Numbered from the stretch's first letter, positions 8,113 to 18,437 are shown. The stretch: 64,000 bases of DNA from Candidatus Saccharimonadia bacterium (GCA_041743505.1 JBGTMQ010000008.1:5183-69182), one strand, 5' to 3'. Program-made: numbers and translations. The notes: generated by a model from the sequence alone, not told the origin.

Positions 8113-10551
8113 ATGCGTCTTCCGTTCTACGCCAAGGCTGTGTACCCGAGTTTCCCAATCGCAACTACGCACACGATCCACATGATGGATATTGTAAATT
8201 TCCTGAAGTTTGCTGTTGAGCATGACGAACTCGAGATTGCTGAGTACCTTGACAAGATGGGTCAAGACCCATTCTTTCTGGTTGCAGCAACCGGCCTCGG
8301 AAAAACCGTGGCAGTACCGGTGCATAATCTGATTCGTCAGATACAGCATGCAGGCGCCCGGCCTCATCCTGAACCACGGGTCTGGGTAATTGAGCCGCGA
8401 ATTCCAATCGCGGTTGACCAAGCCCACTTCATGAACGGTCTGTGGCACGAATTCCAGCAAAGCAAGGGGCATAAAAAAGTCCCACCGCTGTTTGGCTGCA
8501 TCACCTCGGCGTCCGGAAATGTGAACCCGGAAGCGCCGGTTAAGTTCATTACCACCGGTATCTTCGGCATCCTCACCAAGCAGGACGAGCTGAAGCCTGA
8601 GCGTGACCGCGTCATCATCGATGAAGCGCACGTCACAGTTGAGCAAAGTCCAGAGGTAGAACTGGGCATCGCCTTGGCTCGCCGCGCCGGCATTACAGTC
8701 GACTACATGTCGGCCACAGTTGACACAACGGGCTTGAGCGAATCATTGAGCGTTGCCAACATCATTCGAGCTGACAAAGCCCGCCATGTTGTTTGGATGC
8801 ATAATTTGCTCAGACCGATCGACAAGGCATTGCCGGAATTGGTACAGAATACGCTCATCCAACCGGACCCTAGCAGCAGTTACTTTCCGCAAGACGGTGA
8901 CTTTGCTGAAGCCGAAGCTGTCCGCCGGGCAGTGCTGGAAACCGGTCGTTCCCACGGCATGCTGGTGGTGGTTAATTCATTTGCCGGAAATCAGAGTGAT
9001 ACCCAGCGTTTGGCAAACCAATTGCGCAAAGCCTACCCTGAACTACCGGTACTACAGCTGGCTAGCGAAGTCATTCGTGACGTTAGGCGCAGCCAGGAAT
9101 TTAAGCAAGAACTTCGCCGCATCGAAACCGCCCGGCAGAACTACGTGATTCTATCAACCAGCGTGGTTGAAATGGGAATCACCTTCCCAACTCTCGACTA
9201 TGCGGTCACCATGGATTGTGGTTACGACCAAGAGACTATCGGCGACGTGACGTTCCCGGTAGTAGCGCCGCTTGGCACTAACTCGCTGCTTCAGCGAAAG
9301 GGCCGGGTGGGTCGCAAACGCCCGGGTATCGCCTACATCAGCCGTGAAGTTGGAGCCGAATTTGCCGAACTCGACGATGATGAACTCAACAGTGGCACGC
9401 TGACCTACGAACCAATCCGGTTTCCGATGGCCAGTACATCGTTGATGCCTCTGGCATACTTTGCCTGTCAGCAAAACTGGGGCGAAGGTGAGGACGACGG
9501 CTTGACCGAGTGGGTCACAAGTCTTAACCTGCCCTCCCGCCTGCATGAAGACTATGGGCGGATGGAATATCTCAACGAGCAGATCGACATGCTAGAGGAG
9601 CTGGAATTAGCGGAAGACAGCTGGCTAACGCCACTCGGCGAACGCATGGAGCAGTGGACTGGCCGGGCTGACCTAGCCTACGCACTCCAGTTGCAAAAGC
9701 GTTTCGAAGAAGGCGCTGGTCTGGCTGAAGTGTTGTTTTGGACGGTCGCAACCGCATTAAGTAACACGCCGCTTGTTGCACTCCGTGCCCAGCACGACTA
9801 TTTCGTGGACTACGACGGGTCCCGCGGTGCAATCGCTCATAGTTTTGACCTATGGTCAGGTTATGAGCATGAGGACTTGGCGGTATTTGGAATGGTTGCG
9901 CAAGCAGCCGCTCGTTCGCCGTACAGTCTGTTTGGCAATCAAGGCTTCCAGCTTCAAAACTGGGATACCTTTGAATTTGAGCGTTGGTGCGACTGCGCCG
10001 GTATTGATGCCCGCAAGCTTCAGAAAGCTGGCAAAGCCATCACCGAAACCTGGAAATTGCTCGGACGGGTTAATAGCGAATCCCGGCGATTCCAGGAATT
10101 GGTTGGCAGCAAGCAGGTTCCGAGTTTGATCACCATCCCGTGGCGGACTATTTGGTCAGAACTGCCAACCGGCAGTACCTACCAGAATCTCTGCAGCCTG
10201 TCGGGCACAACAAACGTTCGGCTCGAGTACAATTCGGCCTCTCAAGGGTTCGACTGGTGCGATGAGAAGCACGGTCACACGGGCTTGGTCTCACAAGACG
10301 ACACGCCTATCCGGTTGAGTTCTACCATGCCATATGTTGCACGGGTCGTACCCAGCCGGGAAACCAAAGAAGTAGCAGCGACCTGGCGACTTGCGCACCT
10401 CGGTGTGCAGCAGTCTACAAAACCAGCCGCAACGCCCCCAGTCGTTTCGCATGAACAACTTGCTTCGCAGTCAGTGCCTAGTGAGACGCAAGAGCCGCCT
10501 CAGCTGCCAAGGCTTCGTGACCGGTTAATCGGATTGTTCAGACGTAAGTAG
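8113..10551 (+). CDS. DEAH/RHA-family (HrpA/HrpB-like) SF2 helicase, divergent
   Basis: Motifs I 'ATGLGKT', Ia 'EPRI', II 'DEAH', III 'MSAT', V 'STSVVEMGITFP', VI 'QRKGRVGR', HA2-like 'LTPLGERM'; AGGTGA RBS before ATG 8113. Confidence 0.85.
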   Translation: MRLPFYAKAVYPSFPIATTHTIHMMDIVNFLKFAVEHDELEIAEYLDKMGQDPFFLVAATGLGKTVAVPVHNLIRQIQHAGARPHPEPRVWVIEPRIPIAVDQAHFMNGLWHEFQQSKGHKKVPPLFGCITSASGNVNPEAPVKFITTGIFGILTKQDELKPERDRVIIDEAHVTVEQSPEVELGIALARRAGITVDYMSATVDTTGLSESLSVANIIRADKARHVVWMHNLLRPIDKALPELVQNTLIQPDPSSSYFPQDGDFAEAEAVRRAVLETGRSHGMLVVVNSFAGNQSDTQRLANQLRKAYPELPVLQLASEVIRDVRRSQEFKQELRRIETARQNYVILSTSVVEMGITFPTLDYAVTMDCGYDQETIGDVTFPVVAPLGTNSLLQRKGRVGRKRPGIAYISREVGAEFAELDDDELNSGTLTYEPIRFPMASTSLMPLAYFACQQNWGEGEDDGLTEWVTSLNLPSRLHEDYGRMEYLNEQIDMLEELELAEDSWLTPLGERMEQWTGRADLAYALQLQKRFEEGAGLAEVLFWTVATALSNTPLVALRAQHDYFVDYDGSRGAIAHSFDLWSGYEHEDLAVFGMVAQAAARSPYSLFGNQGFQLQNWDTFEFERWCDCAGIDARKLQKAGKAITETWKLLGRVNSESRRFQELVGSKQVPSLITIPWRTIWSELPTGSTYQNLCSLSGTTNVRLEYNSASQGFDWCDEKHGHTGLVSQDDTPIRLSSTMPYVARVVPSRETKEVAATWRLAHLGVQQSTKPAATPPVVSHEQLASQSVPSETQEPPQLPRLRDRLIGLFRRK

Positions 10552-10627
10552 CACTCACGCCCAGCGCACATGCAAGCGGTCCTCATGGCCGCTTGCATGT
10601 GGCTCCTTTCGAAAGCAGGTGATTAAA

Positions 10628-11443
10628 GTGGCTGACTACCCATATAAATGTTTCTGCAAAGGCTGCCCGCATGGGTACGAGTCAACCTTTTACCATCGTC
10701 CACCGGAATGGTTTGCTGAGCGGGGCGTTACAACACTACCCAAGAACTGCCAGGACTGCAAGGCCCTGATTAAGTCATTTACCGATGAGGCTATGCGCTG
10801 CACCAGTTGTAGCCGCGCAATTCGCATTTCGGCCAAGTACAAGATCAGTCACCACAAGAAGACTGGCCCCTGGGAGCCGATGTCGGAATGCACCCGCTGT
10901 GAGCAGGGCGAGAAGCCACCGGTGAGTGTTGAGCGCAAGCCACGCAAGAGTCGGCAAGTCCAGCAGGAACCAGACTTCGGTGAGCTTCCGAGTTTACCAG
11001 TAGTAAGCTATCCGCTTAATACGGTAATTGCGGATTATCAGCGCATCATCCCCCATGAAGGGATAAGTCGCCAAGAGCATATCCAGCACCATCAAGATGG
11101 TTCGGGGTACGAGCTCACCGATCCGGAAAAAGCCTATCAAGCAGGGCTTGATAGAGCAAAGTCCCCCACCGCCCTGGCCCAACAAGAGCCTACCTTTGAA
11201 GGCCTTCTGCGGTCCGCCAATGTAGTCGTCCAAAGCGCTGCCACTGATCGGTCGAAAGAATACAACGACGCCAAGAGTAGCTACGTAGTGAGGGTTACTT
11301 TGACAGACAGCACACGGCTTGAGGTGACGATCTTCAAACCAAATCCGGGCTCTAACGGTCATGAGTTAGTGACAACTTATGACAGTGTTACGGTCTCAGA
11401 AGTACTAGATAACCTCGATGGTGGCAAATGGCGGTATCAGTAA
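10628..11443 (+). CDS. Double zinc-ribbon protein with unknown C-terminal domain
   Basis: Four CxxC pairs (CKGC, CQDC, CTSC, CTRC); 'EWFAERG..LPKNCQDC' resembles zf-trcl ribbons; AGGTGA RBS. Confidence 0.7.
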   Translation: MADYPYKCFCKGCPHGYESTFYHRPPEWFAERGVTTLPKNCQDCKALIKSFTDEAMRCTSCSRAIRISAKYKISHHKKTGPWEPMSECTRCEQGEKPPVSVERKPRKSRQVQQEPDFGELPSLPVVSYPLNTVIADYQRIIPHEGISRQEHIQHHQDGSGYELTDPEKAYQAGLDRAKSPTALAQQEPTFEGLLRSANVVVQSAATDRSKEYNDAKSSYVVRVTLTDSTRLEVTIFKPNPGSNGHELVTTYDSVTVSEVLDNLDGGKWRYQ

Positions 11444-11476
11444 GCTACAATACTACCATAGAAGGAGTGCAGTAAC

Positions 11477-12472
11477 ATGGCACGAGGCAAAGGCGCCGGC
11501 CTGATCCGGCGCTGGAATGAAGCGAACAAGCCGGATAAGGCGACGGAGCTAAAGATTCGTCGTTGGCTTTCTGCCGGCACCATGCCCGCAGAAGCCTTGG
11601 AGATCGAGTGGGAAGCCGAGGACTGGTTGAAAGACCGGTCGAAGCCAACACCTGATTTCGTTGCTTGCATCGCCTGGTATGGCAAGACGCGGCTGATGCT
11701 GCAAGGCTGGAAGTTGCCAATTGATGTGCCAGAATCAGACTTCGACGAGTGGCGCGAGGTCGGTTATTACATGACCATCGAGGACTTTCAGAAGGATTTG
11801 GCCGGCGTAGCCGGCGGCTTCCTTGAGCTCGCGGCCCGTGATCCGCAATTGTTTGTTGGTATCATCCAGCAACAGCTAGCCGAGAAGCTAGCGCGCTTGG
11901 ATGAGCTAGCCAACTTGCCGCTTGAAGATTACACGCCGCAAATCACTGAAGCTGCCTTGACAGCCAAGTATACGGCGAAAGGTCTCGGTGAAGCTGAGGT
12001 GAGAGAGGCGGTCAGCGAGATACTTTTGGATAGTGACGACATAGTTGAAAGCCGTGATATCGATCGTCCTTTCGTCCTCTATGAGCAGCTCATCTGCTTC
12101 GAGTGGGGTATGGAAAAGTTCAATATGTTTGCCATCAGCGAGCATAGCAATGAACTCAATCTGCCCAACAAGAAGCTGTATGAGACGCTCGGGCAAATCG
12201 ATCTCAACCAACTGCTAGCTCGACTAGCCAAGGTCGAGCCGAAGCTCAAGGCCATTCTTCACCATCTGGCTAAGTATCAGTATTTTCGGCTCGACAATCC
12301 TGTCGCTCCAGAAGGCTTCTGGTGGCGGCATTGGAGACGGGAGATGGAGAAGCAACGCCAAGAGCGCCAGGCGCGTGGAGGGCACAAGCCTCAGCGCAAA
12401 GGCAGCAGCTCCCAGAGCGACTCAGGCCGTGGACAACAGCCACGGCCGAGCGGCAACCCACCGCAACAGTAA
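11477..12472 (+). CDS. Hypothetical acidic helical protein
   Basis: 331-aa ORF with AAGGAG RBS, followed by a terminator; C-terminal 'PEGFWWRHW'. Confidence 0.75.
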   Translation: MARGKGAGLIRRWNEANKPDKATELKIRRWLSAGTMPAEALEIEWEAEDWLKDRSKPTPDFVACIAWYGKTRLMLQGWKLPIDVPESDFDEWREVGYYMTIEDFQKDLAGVAGGFLELAARDPQLFVGIIQQQLAEKLARLDELANLPLEDYTPQITEAALTAKYTAKGLGEAEVREAVSEILLDSDDIVESRDIDRPFVLYEQLICFEWGMEKFNMFAISEHSNELNLPNKKLYETLGQIDLNQLLARLAKVEPKLKAILHHLAKYQYFRLDNPVAPEGFWWRHWRREMEKQRQERQARGGHKPQRKGSSSQSDSGRGQQPRPSGNPPQQ

Positions 12473-12507
12473 CGTCGCCAATCTCAGAGAGGAAAGATTT
12501 GTAAAAG

Positions 12508-12543
12508 AAAGCCCGTCCCGGATTCATCCGCGACGGGCTTTTC
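12508..12543 (+). terminator. Rho-independent terminator
   Basis: AAAGCCCGTC...GACGGGCTTTT. Confidence 0.75.
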
Positions 12544-12578
12544 AATTGAGTTTAAGTAGCCTGGACTACGTTTAATCG

Positions 12579-12842
12579 ATGAAAAAAGAATACCGCTTCG
12601 ATTTAAATAACCTGCCACTGGAGCAGGAAGTGGTTGATAAGCATAAAGCACTTTTGCAAGACTGGTTTTATGCCATGCGGCTCGTGGACCTCTTTTGGGG
12701 CGGGCATCAATACTTTCTGCTCTCTCGAACACATCAAGCTACACCGTCACGTGATGACTTTGAGCCCCATCCGAAATTACGTCTTGACCGGTTCGTTCTG
12801 GTGGCGACATTAGCATGCAACACAATATTTGCGACGTGGTAA
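12579..12842 (+). CDS. Possible small protein or gene remnant
   Basis: 87-aa ORF with a protein-like N-terminal half; no RBS seen. Confidence 0.3.
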   Translation: MKKEYRFDLNNLPLEQEVVDKHKALLQDWFYAMRLVDLFWGGHQYFLLSRTHQATPSRDDFEPHPKLRLDRFVLVATLACNTIFATW

Positions 12843-12858
12843 ACTAACTACAAGCATT

Positions 12859-13527
12859 ATGCATCCAACGCTCAACCTCGATCTATTAAATTTTACTGAT
12901 CCAATTATCCAGTGGATCAACGCGGTAGTGACCCGGCTACCGATGCTGATATTACTGTTGCTAGTCGGTATTCTGACAGTCCGAATCACTATCCGGATAC
13001 TCAAATTTGTCTTTTCGATCACTATTGTTCATGAGGCCTTGCGGGGCGTTCTCATTTCAATCATCGAGATTATCCTCTGGATATTCTTATCCATCGGCAT
13101 TCTTCACGAACTAGGCTTTGAGGGCGTTATACTGTTCTTTACCGGGTCCATTGCGGCGCTTGGTTTGGCTATGGCAGCCGGCGGCTCAACCTTAGTGGCC
13201 GATATTATTGCCGGAATTTTTCTCGCTCGTGACGTTGACTTTGGCGTCGGCGATGAGGTCATTGTGGGCGAAACACCCACTCAAGGTATCGTCGAAAGCC
13301 TGGACGCGCGTCGCACCCGTATCCGTGATAAAGATGGCGTGCTGCATATCATCCCCAATTCCATTGTCGAGCGCAAAGAATGGGTCTTGCTTCGTAAAAG
13401 CCAGGGCATTAGTCCATTAGCCGCTGCTGTTAGCACAGCTAGACATATCAGGCGGGTAGCCGCAGCCAAAACCCAGTCCATCAGCGGCCAAACTTCAGCT
13501 ACCCGAAAAGAAAAATCTTCTTTGTAA
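12859..13527 (+). CDS. mscS: Small-conductance mechanosensitive channel family protein
   Basis: Three TM helices, 'DIIAGIFL', 'FGVGDEV', 'HIIPNS'. Confidence 0.85.
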   Translation: MHPTLNLDLLNFTDPIIQWINAVVTRLPMLILLLLVGILTVRITIRILKFVFSITIVHEALRGVLISIIEIILWIFLSIGILHELGFEGVILFFTGSIAALGLAMAAGGSTLVADIIAGIFLARDVDFGVGDEVIVGETPTQGIVESLDARRTRIRDKDGVLHIIPNSIVERKEWVLLRKSQGISPLAAAVSTARHIRRVAAAKTQSISGQTSATRKEKSSL

Positions 13528-13598
13528 TAATGACCAATAACATTCACAGCTTGCAGCAGCTATTATTACAAGGTAAGTTAGAAGAGTAAACGATAGGC

Positions 13599-13856
13599 AT
13601 GGATATGACCACGGTTGAAACGGTTCTGGTAGTTTTTCTAGCCACAGCTCTCCTGATATTCCTGATACTCGCCATCACAGCGGTGGCAATCATAATAAGT
13701 ATATTGAAGAATCTCAAGCGCATATCGCAGAAGGCTGAGGAGACCAGCGAGAGCTTTGCAGACATCGCCAAAATGATCGGCAAGCGGGCTGCCCCGGTGG
13801 CTCTATCAGCGGTGGTAGCGGCGGCTATGAGAAGATTTAGAAGTAAAAAAGGCTAG
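13599..13856 (+). CDS. Small membrane protein (YtxG/DUF948-like)
   Basis: TM helix plus coiled coil, upstream of a YtxH-like gene. Confidence 0.6.
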   Translation: MDMTTVETVLVVFLATALLIFLILAITAVAIIISILKNLKRISQKAEETSESFADIAKMIGKRAAPVALSAVVAAAMRRFRSKKG

Positions 13857-13864
13857 GAGGCAAA

Positions 13865-14332
13865 ATGAAGCGCGGCGGATTTGTTAAAGGAACGGTTATT
13901 GGAGCATTAGTTGGAGCGGCGGCCGGGCTATTATTGGCGCCCAAGAGCGGCAAGGAAACTCAGGCCGACATTAAGCGCAAGGTTAAAGGTACCTACCAGG
14001 ATATTAATGAACAATTGCGCCGGATGAGTGACGAGGTCGGCGGACGGGTCGATACATTGAAGGAGGCCGCTAAGGACCTAAAGGGCGAGGCGCGTGAGGA
14101 AAGCCAGGAGCTCATTCGCCGGGCTGAGGTTCTCAAGCAAGATCTTCGTATCTCTGCCTCGAACTTGGCTGAAAGCGGTGCCATGACCAAAGACGTCGCC
14201 GTAAAGAATGTTAAGCATCTCTTGGACGAGGGTTCCAAAGTCATGACTGAACTGGAGCGCGTAACCAAGCACCTGGCTGTATCAGCCAAAGGCAAGCTAA
14301 CTGACACAAAGCGCAACGACCCGGAACTCTAG
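13865..14332 (+). CDS. YtxH-domain protein
   Basis: 'GALVGAAAGLLLAPKSGKETQ'. Confidence 0.85.
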   Translation: MKRGGFVKGTVIGALVGAAAGLLLAPKSGKETQADIKRKVKGTYQDINEQLRRMSDEVGGRVDTLKEAAKDLKGEAREESQELIRRAEVLKQDLRISASNLAESGAMTKDVAVKNVKHLLDEGSKVMTELERVTKHLAVSAKGKLTDTKRNDPEL

Positions 14333-14334
14333 AC

Positions 14335-14613
14335 ATGGCCAAAAAAAATCCGGATCCGCGTACCGGAGTGGACTACGAGAAGCTCGGGCGTGCCGTCGAA
14401 CAGGCCCTGGTCCAGGACTATCTCGATCTGCTAGGTAATACGAAGCGCCAGATCTGGAGCGCCTTCGTGCGTGGCATATTCATCGGTCTCGGCACAGTCA
14501 TTGGGGCTACCCTCGTGGTAGCGCTCCTCCTCTGGATATTGCATCAGCTGGGCGGCCTGCCAGTTATCGGTGAGTACTTACAGGGCGTGGGCAACACTAT
14601 CAAGAGTAAATAG
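14335..14613 (+). CDS. Small membrane protein (DUF5665-like)
   Basis: 'FVRGIFIGLGTVIGATLVV...LPVIG'. Confidence 0.7.
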   Translation: MAKKNPDPRTGVDYEKLGRAVEQALVQDYLDLLGNTKRQIWSAFVRGIFIGLGTVIGATLVVALLLWILHQLGGLPVIGEYLQGVGNTIKSK

Positions 14614-14714
14614 CCCCAGGCTACGCCCGCCTCTATCATAACCGTAACAATTATCAAGACTGGTTTTGCCACCCCTGGCTGGTAAAATATAAGTCTGTAT
14701 AACGGGGGAGAGGT

Positions 14715-17700
14715 GTGAGCGAGGCCACCGTGGAAACGAAGCCGCAATTCGTTCATCTGCACAATCATAGCCACTACAGTTTGCTCGACGGTCTGCAAAA
14801 GGTCCCCGGTATGCTCGATCGTATTCAGGAACTGGGTATGACTGCGGTCGCCATCACCGACCACGGCACGCTTTCCGGCGCAGTTGAGTTCTACAAAGAA
14901 GCCAAAAAGCGCGACATCAAGCCTATCATCGGCTTAGAGGCCTACGTTGCGCCGCGTGGGCATCAGGACAAGGCTGGTCGTCAGGATATGAACCCGTTCC
15001 ACCTCATCCTGATTGCCTACACGACTGAAGGCTATCACAACTTAATGAAGCTAACCACTATCGCGCATCTGGACGGCTTCTACGTTAAACCCCGGCTCGA
15101 CCGCCAGCTTCTCGAGCAGTACCACGAGGGCATCATCGCCCTGTCGGGGTGTGCGGGTGGCGAAGTCGCCCAAGCCATCGAGGCCGGCAATTTAGCCGAG
15201 GCTGAGAGTGTAGCGCTCTGGTATGACCAAACCTTTGGCCGGGGCAATTACTATTTGGAACTCCAAGCCCACGAACATCAATGGGAGCACCAAAAAAAAC
15301 TCAACACCGCCAAAATTGAACTATCGAAGAAAACCGGTATACCAGTAGTTGTCACGGCCGACTCCCACTACAGCCGGCACGAAAACCGTCAGGCCCACGA
15401 AACCTTGCTCTGTGTCCAGACCGGCAAAACCCTCGACGACACCAACCGCATGACTATGGACATGGACCTCTACGTCAGCTCGCCCGAAGAAATCATGGAG
15501 CGGTTTGCCCACATCCCTGAGGCCTACGAAAACACCGTCAAAATTGGCGAGCGCTGTAGTGTCGAGCTCGAGCTCGGCGGCATCCTCATCCCAACGTTCC
15601 CGGTGCCCGAGGAAGGCCTTAGCGAGCAGGCTTATTTGCACAAACTCTGCTGGCAGGGTCTGGCATGGCGCTACGGCGGCATTGCCAAGGAGGACATCGC
15701 CCACATCACCGAGACTAGAGCGCGCGAGCTAGTCGACCCCAAAATGGTCGAACGCCTCGACTACGAGCTCGACGTTATCGCTAACATGGGTTACGAAGGC
15801 TACTTCCTCATCGTGGCCGATTTCATTAACTGGGGCAAAAACCAGGGCATCATCTTTGGCCCGGGGCGGGGAAGTGCGGCCGGGTCCATCGTGGCCTATG
15901 CCATGAATATCACCGACCTCGACCCCCTGGCCTACGACCTGCTGTTTGAGCGCTTCCTCAACCCTGACCGCATCTCCATGCCGGATGTCGATATCGACAT
16001 CCAGGACACCCGTCGCGGCGAGGTCATCGATTATGTCACCGAAAAATACGGCCAGGAGCGGGTGGCTCAGATCATCACCTTTGGCACCATGGCGGCTCGC
16101 AACGCCGTCCGCGATACCGGCCGGGTGCTGGGCTACAGCTACGATGAGGTCGATCGCATCGCCAAACTCATTCCGCCGCCTGCCCAAGGCCGCCACATTC
16201 CGCTGGCAGTGTCCGTGGGCCTCGCCGAAGGCAAAGTTCCAGCCGATCCAGAGCTAACCCATGAATACCAGTCCAACCAGCGGGCCAAAAAGCTCATCGA
16301 TCTGGCCATCCAGCTCGAAGGCACCATCCGCAATAACGGCATCCATGCCGCCGGCGTGGTGATTTCGCCCGAAGAGCTGGTCAAGTATTTGCCGCTGCAA
16401 CGTGCCCAAAAAGGCGGTATCGCCACTCAGTTTGAAATGCGCACCGTCGAAGAGCTCGGGTTGCTTAAAATGGACTTTTTGGGCCTGTCCAACCTAACCG
16501 TCATCAACAACACCCTGCGCATCATCCGCAAAGTCTACGGCCACACCATTAATATTAGTGAGCTCCCGCTCGACGACGTTAAGACCTATGAACTTTTAGC
16601 CCGTGGTGATACCACTGGCGTTTTCCAGCTCGAGTCAGCCGGCATGAAGAAATACCTTCGCGGCCTCAAACCCACCAAATTCGATGACATTATCGCCATG
16701 GTAGCGCTCTACCGTCCCGGCCCCATGCAATTCATTGAGGACTTTATCGAGCGCAAGCACGGCCGCCGCGAGGTCACCTACGAGCACCCGGGTATGGAAG
16801 CCGCCCTCGGCGACACCTATGGCATTCTTGTCTACCAGGAGCAGTTCATGCAGATCTCCAAAGACATGTGCGGCTTCACGGGCGGCCAGGCTGATACCTT
16901 GCGCAAGGCCATCGGTAAAAAACTCCGCGAAGTCATGGCCAAGATGAAGGTCGCCTTCATCGATGGTATGGTCGCTACCTCCGGCGTCAAGCAAAGCTTT
17001 GCCGAAGAGTTTTGGAGCCAGCTAGAAGCCTTCGCCGACTACTGCTTCAACAAGAGCCACTCGGCTTGCTACGGCCTCATCGCCTACCAAACCGCCTACC
17101 TCAAGGCTCATTACCCATCGGCCTTCATGGCGGCACTGCTCACCAGTGATTTTGGCAACATCGACCGCATAGCTATCGAAGTAGCCGAGGTCCAGCGCAT
17201 GGGCGTCAAAGTGCTGCCGCCGGATGTCAACGAATCTTTCCTGGAATTCGCTGTGGTCAAAGACACCGGCGACATCAGGTTTGGCCTCTCGGCCATCAAA
17301 AACATTGGCACCGGTCCCATCGAGGCCATTCTACGGGCCCGCGAGGAAGGTGGCCCGTTTACCTCAGTCGAAGACTTTGCCAAACGGGTCAACACCCGCG
17401 AATGCAACAAAAAAGTCTGGGAATCACTCACCAAATGCGGCGCTTTCGATCAGCTTATGGATGGTAACCGCAGTCAGTTGTTGCACAACCTTGACCTAAT
17501 TACCAGTTACGCCGCCAAAGCCCAAAAGAATGCCCTTAGTGGCCAGATCGATATCTTTGGCAGTCTCGGCGCCGAAGAGAACCTACCGGGCCTGCATATG
17601 GAATTACCCGCTCAGGAAGCCTCGAGCCGGGAGCAACTGGTTTGGGAAAAGGAGCTACTGGGGCTTTACCTCAGCCACCACCCGCTAGATGACTTTGCCG

Positions 17701-18404
17701 CTATCCTGCAAGACACCTGCCAGCCCATTTCCGCCATTACGCCTGAGGCTGATGGCAAGATGGTCACCGTTGGCGGGTTTATCACCACAGCCCGCAAAAT
17801 TACCACCAAGAACGGTGCTGTCATGGCCTTCATTGGCATTGAAGACCGCACCGGCCTCACCGAACTAATCGTCTTCCCCAAAGCCTACGAGAAATCACCC
17901 GATCTCTATGAACCCGACCGCGTCATCACCGCTAGCGGCAAGATATCCGCCCGAGACCGCGACGGTCACCTCACTGACGAGCCAAAGATCCTAGTCGAGA
18001 ACGCGCGCCTCATTGATTACGATACGGCCAAGGCCTACAAGCCTAAGCTTGGCACCAAGCCACCCGGCATGACCACAGCCCAAGTCCCGGCCTGGCAAAA
18101 AAAGCGCGACGCCGCCCAAGCCGTCAGTGCAGCTCCAGCACTCAAATCTGGCTCATCAACCGCGCCCGCCAGCCCGGACGCCGGCTATCTGGTCATGAAG
18201 CTCGAAGATCTGACTGATCAAACTCTCTTACTTAAAATCAAAGAAATCCTGGGCGCCCACTCCGGCCCGGCCGAAACCTTTATCGTCCTAGGCTCTGACA
18301 GCCCCAAGAAAATCCGCCTGCCATTCAAGGTTGCCGTAACCGACACTCTGGTCGCAAAACTCAGCGAAATCGTCGGCGAGGGCCGGGTGGTTAAGTCGGT
18401 CTGA
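14715..18404 (+). CDS. dnaE: DNA polymerase III alpha subunit
   Basis: PHP 'HLHNHSHYSLLDG', 'GPGRGSAAGS', 'FERFLNPDRISMPDVDID', 'FNKSH', OB fold. Confidence 0.98.
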   Translation: MSEATVETKPQFVHLHNHSHYSLLDGLQKVPGMLDRIQELGMTAVAITDHGTLSGAVEFYKEAKKRDIKPIIGLEAYVAPRGHQDKAGRQDMNPFHLILIAYTTEGYHNLMKLTTIAHLDGFYVKPRLDRQLLEQYHEGIIALSGCAGGEVAQAIEAGNLAEAESVALWYDQTFGRGNYYLELQAHEHQWEHQKKLNTAKIELSKKTGIPVVVTADSHYSRHENRQAHETLLCVQTGKTLDDTNRMTMDMDLYVSSPEEIMERFAHIPEAYENTVKIGERCSVELELGGILIPTFPVPEEGLSEQAYLHKLCWQGLAWRYGGIAKEDIAHITETRARELVDPKMVERLDYELDVIANMGYEGYFLIVADFINWGKNQGIIFGPGRGSAAGSIVAYAMNITDLDPLAYDLLFERFLNPDRISMPDVDIDIQDTRRGEVIDYVTEKYGQERVAQIITFGTMAARNAVRDTGRVLGYSYDEVDRIAKLIPPPAQGRHIPLAVSVGLAEGKVPADPELTHEYQSNQRAKKLIDLAIQLEGTIRNNGIHAAGVVISPEELVKYLPLQRAQKGGIATQFEMRTVEELGLLKMDFLGLSNLTVINNTLRIIRKVYGHTINISELPLDDVKTYELLARGDTTGVFQLESAGMKKYLRGLKPTKFDDIIAMVALYRPGPMQFIEDFIERKHGRREVTYEHPGMEAALGDTYGILVYQEQFMQISKDMCGFTGGQADTLRKAIGKKLREVMAKMKVAFIDGMVATSGVKQSFAEEFWSQLEAFADYCFNKSHSACYGLIAYQTAYLKAHYPSAFMAALLTSDFGNIDRIAIEVAEVQRMGVKVLPPDVNESFLEFAVVKDTGDIRFGLSAIKNIGTGPIEAILRAREEGGPFTSVEDFAKRVNTRECNKKVWESLTKCGAFDQLMDGNRSQLLHNLDLITSYAAKAQKNALSGQIDIFGSLGAEENLPGLHMELPAQEASSREQLVWEKELLGLYLSHHPLDDFAAILQDTCQPISAITPEADGKMVTVGGFITTARKITTKNGAVMAFIGIEDRTGLTELIVFPKAYEKSPDLYEPDRVITASGKISARDRDGHLTDEPKILVENARLIDYDTAKAYKPKLGTKPPGMTTAQVPAWQKKRDAAQAVSAAPALKSGSSTAPASPDAGYLVMKLEDLTDQTLLLKIKEILGAHSGPAETFIVLGSDSPKKIRLPFKVAVTDTLVAKLSEIVGEGRVVKSV

Positions 18405-18437
18405 AGCAGGCTATAATTGAATCAGGAGATCCCTTTA

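Noticed and set aside
14715-18404. Intein or intron in dnaE (also checked rpoB and rpoC)
   Set aside because: Lengths and motif spacing are normal, with no intein C/HN splice motifs or frame breaks.
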